From Nymphaea colorata (taxonomy: Eukaryota): a DNA stretch of 64,000 nucleotides. Below the pieces are notes generated by a model. The model made no database searches, had not been told where the DNA came from, and worked only from the letters and a program-made list of their open reading frames with translations. This document shows, one piece after another, positions 33,850 to 47,371 of the stretch. The DNA lies in NCBI RefSeq assembly GCF_008831285.2, contig NC_045138.2, positions 7,812,001-7,876,000 of the forward strand. Direction: 5' to 3'. The position numbers and the translations under genes are program-made. Every line of letters starts with the position of its first letter. Positions within the stretch are counted from its first letter, which is position 1.

Positions 33850-36800
33850 GTGACTGTCAACCACAACGCACACGTTAAACCAACCTGCATCAAACTGGAG
33901 CATGGAGATTAGTCATGCTTAGTTTGGATTGAGGAACAAAAATCGATTAGTAAACAATTCTCCATTAGATGATGAAAACATAAGACGTTGGTTCATAAGC
34001 ATTTCTGACACTTTTGCTCCAAGAAGACTAGATTCATCAAGTATGTTGCAAACATACTTTCGTTGAGATAGGTAAACACCCTGCTTTGATCTAGAAAGCT
34101 TCAAGATGAAGAAAAAATTTAAGTGAAACGAGATCCTTCATTCAAAAGTGAATACTCAAGTAACTTTTAAACTTCTCCACTTGTTGTAAATTGTTCCTAC
34201 AACTACCAAATCATCGACATATACCAGAACAGTAATAAAATTTCCATTGCACATATAAAAAAAGAAAGAACTATCACATTTAGATTGAACAAAACCATCT
34301 GCAGCAGAGTACTTAGTAAACAAGTTTGTCGAAGCCTATTTTATACTATAAAGTGATTTATTTAATTTGCACACCCTTGTTTCTCTATATGCTCCATAGC
34401 GTGGTGGTAAGGACATAAATAAATAAATAAATAAATAAATACAAGTCCATTTGATGAAGAACCCAATTATTTACTACAGTCGTAGACAAAAAAACATCTC
34501 ACAAATACAAGTTTGGCTACTGGGCATTTGCCTCATGATAATCTAAGCCCTTCACCTAAGCAAATCCTTTGCCAACTAATCTTCGATTGAATCTCTCAAT
34601 CTCACCATTGGATTTATATTTAATATGGTAAACCCATTTGCATCTGATACATTTAACATCCACTAGGGTTCGACTAACTTCCAAGTATTATTACTTTCAA
34701 GTGCCTCTATTTCTGTCTTTGTTGACCTTTGCCAATTTTCATTAGTCTTTGTTTTCTCATAATTTCTTGGTTCAACGTATTGGACAAGTAAGCTTTGTGA
34801 GGTGCTCGAAAACTTGAAACATTAATATGCACTTTTAAAGCACTTTGTTTCTATATTGTTGTTCAACCATGATAATAAAACTTTTAACAAGCATGTTGTT
34901 CTACTTTTTAACTTCATCAAGTAAACCCACACAACCTAAAAAAAAAATCATCAATTATTGTAACAAAATAGTGAGCACTATATCTAAAAATTTGAGAATA
35001 AGGCCCCTACACATCACAATGCAGCGAATGGTTTTTCAATACATTGCATGCTAGATGCAAAAGATAGTCTTGTTGTTTAGAGATTCTACAAACACAGTAG
35101 AAAAAAATATGCATTTTGATGTTTGAATCACAACTATAAATCAAATTGTTCTTGGACTAATATGGATGTCCCGGTCTTAGATGTCATAAATCTAGTTGGC
35201 ATGATTTTGAGCTCAATGCAACTGAACCTGAAACATTGGCGCCTCTGTAAATGAACAAGCCATCTATCAATTGACCCAATCTAGTCTTCATCTTGGAGTC
35301 CAGACCCTAAACATAGCAACCAGCTGCACCAAAGTTTACACAACACTTACTGTGTTCAACCAATTTGCCTAGTGGTAGTAAGTTGCATTTAAAATATGGT
35401 ATATAGTAAATGTTTTTACGCATCAAGGGAGAAGATAATAGAACTTCACCAATATGAGTGGAATAAACTGCTTTATTCTCAGATAGCTTTATTGGAAAGT
35501 GTTTCACAAGCATAGAAATGTTTTTCATAAAACCAAAACATGAAGACATGATTTAATGCTCTATTGTCAATTATCTATGTGTATGTTTTAAAGTTTACTA
35601 TACTTGCAAGATTTGCCGATGAATTCACTACTTTATCCTTCAATAACTATTTAATTTGTTGATTTTCTTTCAATGTAAGTCTCATAGCACATTTTTTGTT
35701 ATTCTCCTTATTTTGGGTGAGGTAGCTATCAAAAAAGGAGTCTGCTTAACATCTTTTAACACTAGTACTTGATGCATGCCATTCCACCTTTAAAATTTGC
35801 AGGAACACCTGTTAATTTGAAACGCCTTTATCTTGTATGCTATGTCACACAGATACTTGGGTTTGGCCCACGTATCCGTATCTACACTCCGATACTTGAA
35901 TCCCGATACCGATACTCCTTGGATACGTTTGGATCGGGTCTGGGTCAAACTCGATCCGAACCCGTTAAAGAAAACCCGATTTCTTTTTGATCGACCTTTC
36001 TTTCTCCCTTTCACCCGACGAGGTCTGTGCCTTTAGGGTTTATGCACTTGCAGCAGATCATGGGCAAAGATGGCGGATAGTTTAATGTTTTTTGTGATGA
36101 ACTATCAGTTTTAGTTTAATGTTTTTTTTTTATTTTATCATTTAATAATATAAAATTAGCCGTATCTGCGTATCCTAAAAAATAAAAAATTGTTGTATCT
36201 GCGTATCCGTATCCGTATCGTACCAGTATCCGTGTGACTTAGCTTGTATGTCTTGTATTATTTCAATAATTGCATAAATATTGTTGACGTCTATTTGTTT
36301 TCCTTCTTGTAAACTGATTATCTGTAGTTGTTGCTGTTAGACTAACACGATCAATTGAGCTACCACTAATCCTCACTTCCTTGATTTACTTCTTTTCATG
36401 TAAAACCAATGAATATACCTTGTTTACCGATGGCAAAGGGTCTAACAACAAAAATCTAACCTCTCATTGTGTTACATGAATCATTCAATCCCATCAAGAA
36501 TTGAATGACCCAGTCTTCATGTTGCTTCTCTACAATCACCTTTAAAGAACCACCAGAACGTCGACCTAACCTGGTACTTTCGAGGGCCAAGACTTTGGGT
36601 GAATCTTTCTCAAATCATCCAAGACTTTATAGAACACTAGTTGCAAGATTCTTTGAAATTGAATTTAAAATCCGTGAAAGTACCTGTACCATCTCCACAG
36701 AACAAATTTTACTGAAGAAATCTCTGGCTAATGATTCATCAACAAGAGTGACTTTATGCTTTGCTGAAAGAGCCATAATCATCACATAATTGTATGCAAT

Positions 36801-36850
36801 AAGAACTTGAAAGACCAATATTTATGTTTCTGACCATTAGGACTTTGTTC
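33850..36850 (-). mobile_element. Highly degenerate Copia remnant
   Basis: RT-like SRSKQGVYLSQRKYVCNILDES (33919-34104), VLVYVDDLVV (~34200-34230), YIPYFKCNLL (35307-35549), gag-like MIMALSAKHK (~36760). No LTR pair found; ends approximate. Confidence 0.8.
35840..36242. mobile_element. hAT-type MITE (CTAWGTCAC family) nested in the Copia remnant
   Basis: TIRs CTATGTCACACAGATAC / GTATCCGTGTGACTTAG; perfect TSD CTTGTATG. Confidence 0.92.
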
Positions 36851-38008
36851 AGATTCTCTCTCTCTCTCTCTCTCTCTCTGCGTCTCTTCTCTTCGCAGCA
36901 CCTCCCGTTGAGCTGAACACCCACAACCTTGCCTTCTTACAGCGCTGCCTATCGAGATTTCTTTTCTTCATTCTCAATTTCTTCTTCCTTCTCGGGGCAA
37001 CTTCTGACTTGGTTCTCCCCATTTTTTGTTTCATTATCGGGCAACTTCTGACGTCAGAAGGAAAGCACCCAATGTGATCGAGATCACGGTTGGTTTTTAG
37101 GGATTTTTCATTTCATGGAGTTTATAATGAATTGAGAGCTGAGGAGCTAGGGATTGGGTGCTTTCATTAGCGTTGGGGGTAGAAGGAGAAGAAGATGGTG
37201 ACGAGTTGTTTTCTTAAGCGTTGGAAGGGGGAGAAGAGTGGGTTTGAAGTTGAGTCGATGCAGATGAGCGGCACCAAAGGGGAAGAGTAGGTCTCGCCAT
37301 TTTCTTTGGTGCTTCTGTTTCCTGGTTTTTTTATCATGTAATCAATCTTCTTGGTTAGTTTCTCTTTCTCATCTGTCTATATTTTGTTTTTTGCTTGGAA
37401 ATCCTGTTTAATCCCATAGGTTTTTCCTTTTGGTTCAACCTGACAGATACTGTCAATAGGATTGCAGATGAATCTGTGGTTGAGTTTTTGTCTCATGATT
37501 TGCAGTCTAATTTGAAGCAGTTTTTGTAATGATAAATTCCCAATTATGGCTTCTTATATGGTTCTATCTCAAGTTAAAGATTGTGTTTGCTTGTTGATTT
37601 TTTTCTTTTACCTAACAACATTGTGCAAGAAACATGTGTATATTCAGATTTGTTTTGCAATGCTTCATGAAACCTCTTTCTTGTACCACTGTTTTCTTGC
37701 TGATTGCAAGGGATTATCAGTGGCAATTGTTTCCTCTACAACAAACACATAAGTTTTTTTTTTTTTCTAGAAAAAATCTCAAGGCTATCAAACATGGTCT
37801 GGATTTGAAAAAATCTAAAATATACTCGCTGTATACTTTTCTTGGATTTTTTTCATGAAAAGTTTACCACTCAAAAATTTACTGTGTCATCAAACAGAGC
37901 CTAAGAAAGATGTGAATTGATATTTTACCTATTGTGTGACCTGTTTTGAATTATGTGACATATTATTTATACATGCATCTTATGGTATTGTATTTGGTAT
38001 ATTTTGGA

Positions 38009-38027
38009 TATATATATATATATATAT

Positions 38028-38069
<42 letters not shown>
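38009..38069. repeat. (TA)n(GA)n microsatellite
   Basis: Directly visible. Confidence 0.95.
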
Positions 38070-38073
<4 letters not shown>

Positions 38074-38448
38074 GTTAACGACTGATCGATCAGGTTTTAA
38101 TTGGTTGGCCGAGATTTTAAGATCCAAAAACAAGAAATTTCGTGAGGAGGGACCGCCCGCGCTCTCGCATTTCCCCCTTCCTCACTCCTCACTCTACCTC
38201 ATCCCACCAGCTCTCATGTTCTTCCTCACCTCTCATTTCCATAAACCCTCGTGCAGCTGAGGCCCTTTCTCGTGTATCTCCAATGGTGAGCGGCTCCGTC
38301 GATAGCAATAGCGACGGCTCTCTCTCTATCTCTCTTCTTCTTCTTGCATTGGCTTCAGCTTCATGGCCGACTATTTTTTTTTCTCTTGTTTTCATTGATT
38401 CCTTAGGGCGTCAATGAGGGGCTCTCTCTTGGCCAGTAAACCACCTCA

Positions 38449-38483
<35 letters not shown>

Positions 38484-40714
38484 GACGTCGGCTCGATGGC
38501 CTACCATTTCTTTCTTCTGTTTCTTTAAGGCATGGATGAGGGGCTCTTTGTTTCTATAATTTCTTTTACTAATTTAAGATTCGGAATTGGCTAATCTGAC
38601 GGTGACTTGTTCGCCATGGAAATGAATTAGGAAGAGCGACCATTGATTTTCTGAATTGTTTGGAAAGTAGGTAAACAAACAACAATGGATGTATTACAGT
38701 GTTTGATCCTTGTTGACTCACTGCTGATAAGTATTTGAGGATGATGCTTTTGAGTTTTGATTCCATACAGCAAAAATAGGGACCTGTTCATCGCACGCTA
38801 AATGTTCGAAAAAATGCTTGATTGAGATTTGGTAGCTTTGGAACTCTCCGGTTTCCTTGTATGTGGACAGTGGTCGACAGTCGACACTATGCCTTCCAGT
38901 AGAATTCCTTCGTGAAATTATTCCTTCTACTTCAGCTTTATGGGAAGGGTGCACCTGAGCATTAGATTAGAAATTTCTTAGTATATAAACTGACCATGGA
39001 GTTTCATTGGGCTATTTGCCATTTGTCAAAATTCCTTTTTTTCTTTTTTAATGGTGGGAGGTGACCTGTATTGCCTGCAGAATGTAGATGATGAATTGGA
39101 GTAAAAAAAGATGAACCCAAAGTTCCAAACTACGTGAAAAGCTATGTGAAAAGCGGAAGCAGTTGGAATTTGGAAATGTTGATTGCTAGTAAAAATCAAG
39201 TTGGTTTCACCGCCTTTTAGTTAGATTCTCACCACACATTTAACGAGGTACAGTAGAAAAAAGGTCCCCATTTGCCAATTTCTTGATAAGTTCTTATCCA
39301 TTGATCATGGATGTACAATTTCACAGTAGTTGATTGCAGAATTAAGATGCGACTACATGGAGTTATTTTGTTTTAGAAACAATACAAAAAATGTAGCCTT
39401 TTATTGATAATGGCTCATTGACATATTTTTCAACATTTATATATTTGAAGAAATATTGGATTTATTTTAGCACTTTTCATCGTTTGGAAAGGAAGAAATG
39501 TTGACTTCAAAGCTGTGGCGATTGAGAAGAAGAATAAGAGCATGAAGTAGTAAAGGGCAAATCATGGCCTTCTGCCTTTTATTATTTGTAATTCAGAAAG
39601 AATTCAATTCATAGTTATAGTTTGGGTGTGAAACTTAGAAACATTATTAATGCCTATTTGTTTCGGTAAGATTGTAAGAAGTGTGATTTAACCTCATAAT
39701 CAGTGATAGCAAAAAGAAGAAAATATTTGTTGGTCCCCTAATTGCACAAGCGTGTTTTTGGATGCCAATGTAACTGCACGTGCAGTAGGAGGAAATCGTT
39801 GCTCAAAAGCATTTTTCAGTGATGCAATGGCTGATCAATTTAAATACGCCTACGCATGTAAATTGGCTCGATCATTTTTTTAGTTACAAAATTCAGCCAA
39901 TTCTAGTACCAGATTATGCTTTCTACAAAAAATTTGCAGTTACCACATCATGCATGTAAGTCCTGACTCCCTGTAGAGGCCCATAGAGGTACTTGTGAAA
40001 AAAAAAAGCGAAAAGGGAATAGTTGATTCCTAACTTTTATGTCATCTTATGACATACATGAGTAAGCAAGTCTTATTGTATCGGCCAAAACCCTCAATAA
40101 TTGATCTTTAGGGTTCTTTTATCAATTAGATCCTTTATCCATAAAATCTAGTACATGAGCTATACTTAGTTCTTCATATATCGGCTTCTATGAAGTCTGT
40201 TTTTTGCTACAGTTTCTAAAAATCGTTTTCCTTTGGACAATGAATTGAAATAATAAAGGTTCTGGGTCTCATTAGTCAAATCAAATGAATATAAATTGCA
40301 GGCTCATCAGAACCTCTTTGAATTCATAAGAAAGAAGAGAAGTATTGGGGATAAAAAAAGGAGGGGCAAGAGAAACTCAATTAAGCAAATGGAATTTTTG
40401 CAATGAACTTATAATTTTCAATTTTCCTGAAAAAACAGATAAGATATCCCGACACATTGGCATGTTGATACCACCAAGAGCAAGAAAAAAAATGGATAAG
40501 GAATCAAAGGGGGAAAATTGGGAAGGGAAAAGTTGGGTATATGTCCAACGAATCACACCTATCAAGAAAAAATATTTTGTTTGAACGGTGAGTTACATTA
40601 CCCACCATCGATACTAATATTGGCATACTTGGGGCCATGAAAGAAATAACTTATTAGTCCTCTACTATATGATAGGTATTATTTTTCTCCTTTTTTGCTT
40701 CCTAGAAAGAATTA

Positions 40715-41058
40715 AGTGATAAATGAGAGAATGGAAAAGTTGTTATTGTGTCGCTTAAGTTATAGAGGAAAACTTGAGCCCAAGAATTAAGAGTGATAAG
40801 TTCTTCACTACTCAGAATAAAATAAGCACTTAGAATAGTGAAATAGGTTATATTTGTCGAGAAATGCAAAATAATATGTAAATGATCTTGATTGTGCATT
40901 CTTACCAATTATATCGTTTCTTTGTGGATTCTTATACGAAGCTTTTGTATATGTGTCTCTAGATACTCCTTTATCATTTTGTTCAACAAGAATAGTTCTT
41001 CTAATTTTATAAATCCTTCTAGAATGTTCTTTTGTCGAATATCATTCAAAAAAGTTTT
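40715..41058 (-). pseudogene. cemA: Plastid cemA fragment (NUPT)
   Basis: [41 protein letters not shown]...[17 protein letters not shown]...[16 protein letters not shown], with an in-frame stop. Confidence 0.9.
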
Positions 41059-41061
41059 AAA

Positions 41062-41120
41062 CTGTCTACAGCTCCTTTGCCTGTGCTAGGGGTAGAAGTT
41101 TTGTATAAATGTATGGCCAC
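41062..41120 (-). pseudogene. rpl2: 5' end of plastid rpl2 (NUPT)
   Basis: - strand GTGGCCATACATTTATACAAAACTTCTACCCCTAGCACA = (M)[12 protein letters not shown], directly downstream of rpl23 as in plastomes. Confidence 0.85.
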
Positions 41121-41144
41121 GTTATTAAGTATTTATTTTTTTAT

Positions 41145-41419
41145 TTAAGTTCTTTTCTCTATAATAGGTGGAATAGAATAACCCGGTTGAAACGTAATGA
41201 TCATATATCTTTAATTGTATGTTGCATAATAGGTCCCATTTTTTTACCCTTCCCTAGGAGTCGATGGCTACATAGCTACTAACTTGACACCAAAGAAAAG
41301 TTCGATCCAATGTTTTATTTCTGGCCTATTTGATCTTGATTCGACATTAGAAGTATCTTGATTGTTCCTTAATAACCGAATAATTTTTCTATAAATACTG
41401 TATATTTGATTCCATCCAT
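41145..41419 (-). pseudogene. rpl23: Plastid rpl23 pseudogene (NUPT)
   Basis: Starts ATGGATGGAATCAAATAT (MDGIKY) and ends MIITFQPGYSIPPIIEKRT*; 275 bp, frameshifted. Confidence 0.9.
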
Positions 41420-41579
41420 AAATCCATTTTCTTTTCTACAAGTTCTAGTATCTATAAGAATTAGAATTCCTACCGTTTCTATTTTATTCTTATAGTATGA
41501 ATATACCAGTTAGTTATCTATGGATGATGAGATTCCGTTGATGCAGAGCCAATTCTATTATTGAATGTTCCAATTCACC

Positions 41580-41653
41580 TGCATCCAGCGGAAATTGAAC
41601 GTACAAATTTGCCAATTATGAGTTGGGTGCTTTAACCATTCAGCCATGGATGC
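41580..41653 (-). tRNA. trnI-CAU: Plastid-derived trnI-CAU copy, likely non-functional
   Basis: GCATCCATGGCTGAATGGTTAAAGCACCCAACTCATAATTGGCAAATTTGTACGTTCAATTTCCGCTGGATGCA; acceptor stem intact, T-stem mispaired; upstream of rpl23 as in the plastid IR. Confidence 0.88.
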
Positions 41654-42367
41654 TTTGCGGACACTCGTCATCAACGGGGGATCCTTCCTTTCTACCATAC
41701 CAAACCAACCTAGGCATGCTAGCTCACCTCAATTCTTAGGGTCATACTCTTCCAGCACGAGAGGTGGAAGCTGTTCTATCTTCTGCTTGAGGGTGTTCTT
41801 GTGCCAATCACTTGAAACCATTGCAGCATTGCTTGGGATCTTCTATAAGTGCATTAAGAACGATAGGTTCTCCATGCTTAGATCTATTCTTCTAAGAATC
41901 GGCAAGGTTGAGAAAAGATCCTTAAGGTACAAACATGATTCCAATGAATTTAGTTTCCTTGAGTTAGCATCTCCGAGAGCAGTAAAAAATTCAAACTCCC
42001 ATTGACCAAACAAAGTCATAGCAAAAGTTTACAAAACTTTCATTTGTCAAGAAGGATCCAGGTATGAATCTCACAAAATGAAAGACGAGCATAACGTTAG
42101 ACTTTTTAAACTGATTTCCTTAACCCTATATTGCAGGTGTTGTTTGAGACCTCATAGAGACTCCAACCACCTAAATTTAGTCGATAAAAAATGAAAATCT
42201 TGCATACATGTGGTATATTCAGTATCCGGTTCATATGCATTAAGGAAAGGACATAACATGACTAAGGCACTATGGCTGCACAAGAAGAAAAAAATTTATC
42301 TTTGAAAGAGTAAACATGCTGGACTTGCAAAGAGTTGTTAGCTAGCAAGTGTTAGTAAGCTCAAAGG

Positions 42368-42542
42368 CACTGGCGGAGCCACACGGTGACTGGTGTGCGT
42401 AGTTGCCCATGTCAGTTTCTTAATTTTTTTTATTATTTTTAAGTAGATATCTTTAAACATTTATCTTTATATATATACAAGTGTCCCACCATATATTTTT
42501 AAATGAGTGCCATTCCAACCAATTTTTCTGGCTCCACCACTG
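42368..42542. mobile_element. hAT-type MITE (CAGTGGCGGAGCC TIR type)
   Basis: Ends CACTGGCGGAGCC / GGCTCCACCACTG; TSD CTCAAAGG/CTGAAAGG. Confidence 0.85.
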
Positions 42543-42948
42543 CTGAAAGGGTGAAAAAAGCTCAAACCCGAAATGACAAGAAGGTCGCACTAAAGCCAAT
42601 CATGAGAGACAAGCTTCCATTTTTCTTTCAGGAGTTTCAACAACTACTTGGCTTCCACCATTTTTTAGACGGACCAAGATTGATCTCTCCTTTCTCTAGT
42701 AAGAAAATCGTGTTCTTGGGATCAAACTATCCACAGAAACTTTTGGGTAGCCGTAATTTATGTCCAAATGCTGAACAATGAATTTAAATAATTAAACTCA
42801 CAAGAAAGATCCTAATACCTACAAGCAAAATATATTTTGCTTCACTAAATCTTGTTTCATCCTAAAACAATTATCAGAAATGAAAAAGAATGGGACTGCC
42901 AGAGAGCAGCCCTCTTCTATAATGAACAAGAGAGTGAGCGAGTGAGAT

Positions 42949-43292
42949 TAAATCTCAGCATCGGCCGGCCCGGGCCGACCCGACATCTAAAACTTGGGCC
43001 TGGGCCCGGCCCGACTCGAAAAACCCAAGCTCGAGCCCGGTTAGGGGCCCGATTACCTTAAAAAAATATTTTTAATATAAAATAATACATAAAAATAATT
43101 AATTGTAATAAAATATTATAAATATATATATAAATTAATAAAAATTAAAAAAAAACCCGATCTGGGTTTATCGGGCCCACCTGTTCCGACCCGATAACAA
43201 GTCGAGCCGGCCCGAGTCTCATTTTTCTGGGCCCAGGCCTGAGTCGGGCCGGCTGCTGGGCGAGCAACGGCCCGGCCCAATGCCTAGGCTTA
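42949..43292. mobile_element. hAT-type MITE of the same family as the Pack element
   Basis: GGCCCGG-rich arms, right end CCCAATGCCTAGGCTTA; perfect TSD AGTGAGAT. Confidence 0.88.
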
Positions 43293-43702
43293 AGTGAGAT
43301 AGGGAGAGATTGAGAGGAGGGGGTGAGGAGATCTTACTTGGAACCGTTGAGTTGTTTAGAGAATCCGAGCACTTGCGATTGAAATGACTCCGAAAGGGGT
43401 GATGAGAGTGAGGAGGGTGAGAGCACGAAAGTAGGTAGGAGAGGTTCTGGAAATGAAAGGTGATGGTGAGGGTGGGAGTGGGCGAAGCTGGTTACATACG
43501 ACACCCGTGTATGTAATTTTATGCATCATTTTATTTAAGTATGACAAAAAAAAACCCCATGATTAATACAAAAAAAACTTTTTATAAGAATAAAATTGAA
43601 AACCACAAAAAAAATATTTGAGGATTATGAACTGATGAGCGACCTATTATGAACTTAGAGCTTCTCCCCATGTAGAGTACATGACATGCTACTGCAGCAA
43701 GC

Positions 43703-43838
43703 TGAGCTCAGCCTTGTTGGAAGTCATAACAGGGATACTCCTGCTTCTGCTATTCCCGATGACTCAGTTATGAGCTCAGCCTTGTTGGAAGTCATAACAG
43801 GGATACTCCTGCTTCTGCTATTCCCGATGACTCAGTTA
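43703..43838. repeat. Perfect 68-bp tandem duplication
   Basis: TGAGCTCAGCCTTGTTGGAAGTCATAACAGGGATACTCCTGCTTCTGCTATTCCCGATGACTCAGTTA x2. Confidence 0.95.
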
Positions 43839-44129
43839 TGTGTGATAACCGTAAGCTACTCAATAATCTTGTGGAGCCATATATTACATTAGGGATCTAT
43901 GTCATCACTCAATGTTTAGAGTTATGTGTTTGAATGTACAATGTATGTTGTGTGGATTATTTATTGAGATGCCTAGTGTGTTGGCATCTCTATTGTTTTA
44001 CGATACATGTGTGGGCGTCAGGGATTGGCCATACTCAGAGTTACCTCTAATGCTTATTGTTATTTAGTTTCAGGTACTCACCCTGAGAAAAGCAGTGCCT
44101 CGAGATCGTAATGTTGTTGGGATAGAGGG

Positions 44130-44194
44130 CCGGGGCGGAGGCAGGATTTTTTTCAGGGGCGAGCCAAACGGTCCAACGAACTATAATATATTAT

Positions 44195-44270
<76 letters not shown>

Positions 44271-46473
44271 TCACACATTTTAGATAATATTTGCAAACCA
44301 CAGTATAATAAAAGTGAATATATGTCGTATATAATTACCCACGTCATGAACGTGAAGCATGACCTGTCCTATGACACATTTAATAATTGTTTGTGTCATT
44401 AGCACAAAGTGTGATCTGTCCTCAACAGATAAGGTGCTCTATTTTTATTACAGTGACGTAAGTGTGAGCAATGAGTATAAGGTGGACATACAAATATCAC
44501 AACTCAAAATATAGCAAACAAATACATCTATAAACTCCAAAACCAAAACATGTTACTTACCTAAAACAAGTAGTTTTGTATTCTTTCTATGTAACACAAT
44601 CACATTTTGCTTCTGTTTTTATTGAAAATAGTTACATATCATCATTCATTCACCTGCACAATAAAATATAAACAAAAACTACATCATTTATTATTGAAAC
44701 TAAATAATGACTCAAATAAACATTAACATAAAAATGATACAACAAAATACTTTACCTATTGCAATTGTGTTCTACGACTTTTCATCTTGTAAAAGAGATC
44801 AATAATATCATTGGAATCAAACAGTTGAACAATTTCTTTCTCAATATACAAAAATAAAGAATCTGCAAAGAATTCATCCTCCATTTTGTTACGCAACCTT
44901 GTTTTAATAAGCTTCATAGCAGAGAATGCATTTTTTGTGGTTGCAGTGGGAACAAGAAGTGTTAGAATGAGACTAAACAACCTGTATACATAAGGATATC
45001 CTTCATTTTTTCTACTACGTACCAAACATCATAATCATCCATTAGGGATAATCATGCCCAAATAAGAGGTTACACCATAACTAAACTGAACGGATCCTTA
45101 CTACTATCCTGATCCAAGTTTCCAGCCCAAATAAACTTAAAACTCAAACATATGAAAACAATTCTAATAAAGACTAAGGCGGAGCATAACAACCATATAA
45201 TGAATGTGCAAAGGCTGGCTTACCATGAAGAATGATCTGTTTCAGTTGAAAGTTAAAATGGAGAATCAAATACATGACTAATCATGCAGATGCAGTGGTC
45301 ATATATGTACAGAAACCAGGACATGGGAGATACTACCTTGAGAACTCCTGCAACATGTGAAGAAATATCTCTGCCTCCAAATCTCCTGTTGTCAATCTGG
45401 AAGAACATGAAACCCTCAGTTTCTTCCTCAAGTCGAGTAAAACATCGCTGTATGAAGGCCTCCAACCCCTTAAAATAATAATGTAAAATAAAATGAGATG
45501 GGGTACCGATCAGAAACTAATGAAACATCAAATGTCAATGAGGAGGCATACACAATGACTCTCTTCCCTAACTTTTTAAGCCAAAATAACTGAAGCATCA
45601 AAAGTCTTCCTGAGACAGGTTTTTCCTGTTGAATAATCAGGAAACAATTGAACAACAAAAATTACATTTCACAATTATTACTCAAGGTGAGATAGGCATA
45701 TTACTGAAAAGCACTATAAGTGAGAACTGTGAAGCAAAACTTTCGAACACTTTGAACCTTGCCTTAATGTTGCCCGAGCATCTGCAACTAAGAAAAAAAT
45801 CGGGATTCTAGCAGCTCAACAATAGCTTCCCTTCCTTCTCCAGCCTCCTCATAATTGGTAAAGCTGCAAATTATAACAGAAACAAGTATAAAAATGGCAT
45901 GTAAAACGTGAAGCATATGTCCTGCATCTACTCTAATCAAAAGGTTGCGACTAAAAGAAAACAGACATAATATATGATCTAGAACAGAAGAAACACATAT
46001 ACAATCATTGTGGTTGAATATGAATGGAGAAAATTTTAAGAAAGGGAAACAGACAACACCTGATAAGTGATAACCAAAGCCAACAAAAAATGGAATTAAC
46101 TAACAAAGAAATTAAAACTTAACATTCAAATGACTAACAGCAAAGTTAAAGCCATTCAATTACCTCTGCCCGTACAGAATGCTCACAAATGCCCAATTTC
46201 AGATAGTTCACCATCCGTGGCCCCCTGTGCTGTGGTTGTGGGCCAAGGCAAGGACAGAGGGAGCCAGCGGGCAGCGAGAACTGTGATTGTGGGCCAGGGC
46301 AGGGAAAGCGAAAAGGGTGAAGAGATAGGGTAGGGCAGAGAGGGAGTGAGCGAGAGAGAAAGGGGCGAAAGACAGGAGGGAGCGAACGGGTCAGGACAAG
46401 ACCATTAGCGGGTTGGGACAGAGTAAAAAAATTTGATTTTTTTAATATAATTTTTTTTCCACCTGACCCCCCC
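44130..46473 (-). mobile_element. hAT deletion derivative retaining the transposase C-terminal dimerisation domain
   Basis: ORF 44756-45025 (-) YPYVYRLFSLILTLLVPTATTKNAFSAMKLIKTRLRNKMEDEFFADSLFLYIE; left TIR CCGGGGCGGAGGCAGG; ATAGAGGG flanks both ends; right TIR eroded; contains (TA)n at ~44200-44268. Confidence 0.8.
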
Positions 46474-47371
46474 ATAGAGGGTGACCCTTGGGTAGTGTGA
46501 CTAATGTTAATCATTGCCCCATTTTGGTTGTGGGTATGATTTATCTTTTGGTTGTAGGCGATTATTGCACATCCTAATTAGGCTCCACAGATTGTGATAT
46601 TCACCAAACTTGATACACTATGCATGCATCACATGTGTTGTACTATTTTTGTAGGAAATGTATGGCTATAGGTAGCATCATTATATCATTTGTGTTTTTC
46701 ATGTTTTTACATTTATAGGTTTGATGGCAACAACACAGAGGGATTGGGGATGATCATGAAAACCCATGAAACAAAGGAGTGGATTTTCAACTAAGAAGCA
46801 TGAAATTGAATATTTTATCCTTGAGGCCCCCTTTGATGTCAAGGTGAAATTTGCAATGTTAAAGTTACCATGAAAAAAAATCTATGGTAAAAAGTCAGAC
46901 CTAAATTACCATGTTCCAATGGTAATTTTTGTTGTGTTTGATTTGAAAAGAAAAACCATACAAAAACTTGGAGCCTGACAGTAAGGGTCATGGGCAACAT
47001 AGTGAGGGCAAGTGATTGACAAAGAGAGATCTTGTGTGAATGATGATGGGAGGGAGAAATTGAAGACCAGTGACAAAGAGGAAAGAGAAGAGTAGGCCCC
47101 AACAATCAGCTGCGTAATTCAATATCAGCTTGTCAAAGCTCGGCTCGAGCTCAAGTGCAAGAGTATGGAAAAACATTTTCAAATTTGCAAAAAGAGGGAC
47201 CGCGAACCCCCATTTGCGACTATTTTATTTTAATAAATTTGTGGTTTTAACATTTTAAAATTATAATATACTTTTTAAAAAAACACAAAAAATTGGGTCA
47301 TTTTGACATTGTTCTTTATCAAAAGTACAAAAGCCCCTCTTTCCCTTGAAACCCCTTTTTTTCTCTTTAAT

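Noticed and set aside
36850..39900. UTR- and exon-like GC-richer patches
   Set aside because: No coherent ORF or recognisable protein.
41690..42700. LRR-like snippet (LRRIDLS) on the - strand
   Set aside because: Single weak motif among many stops.
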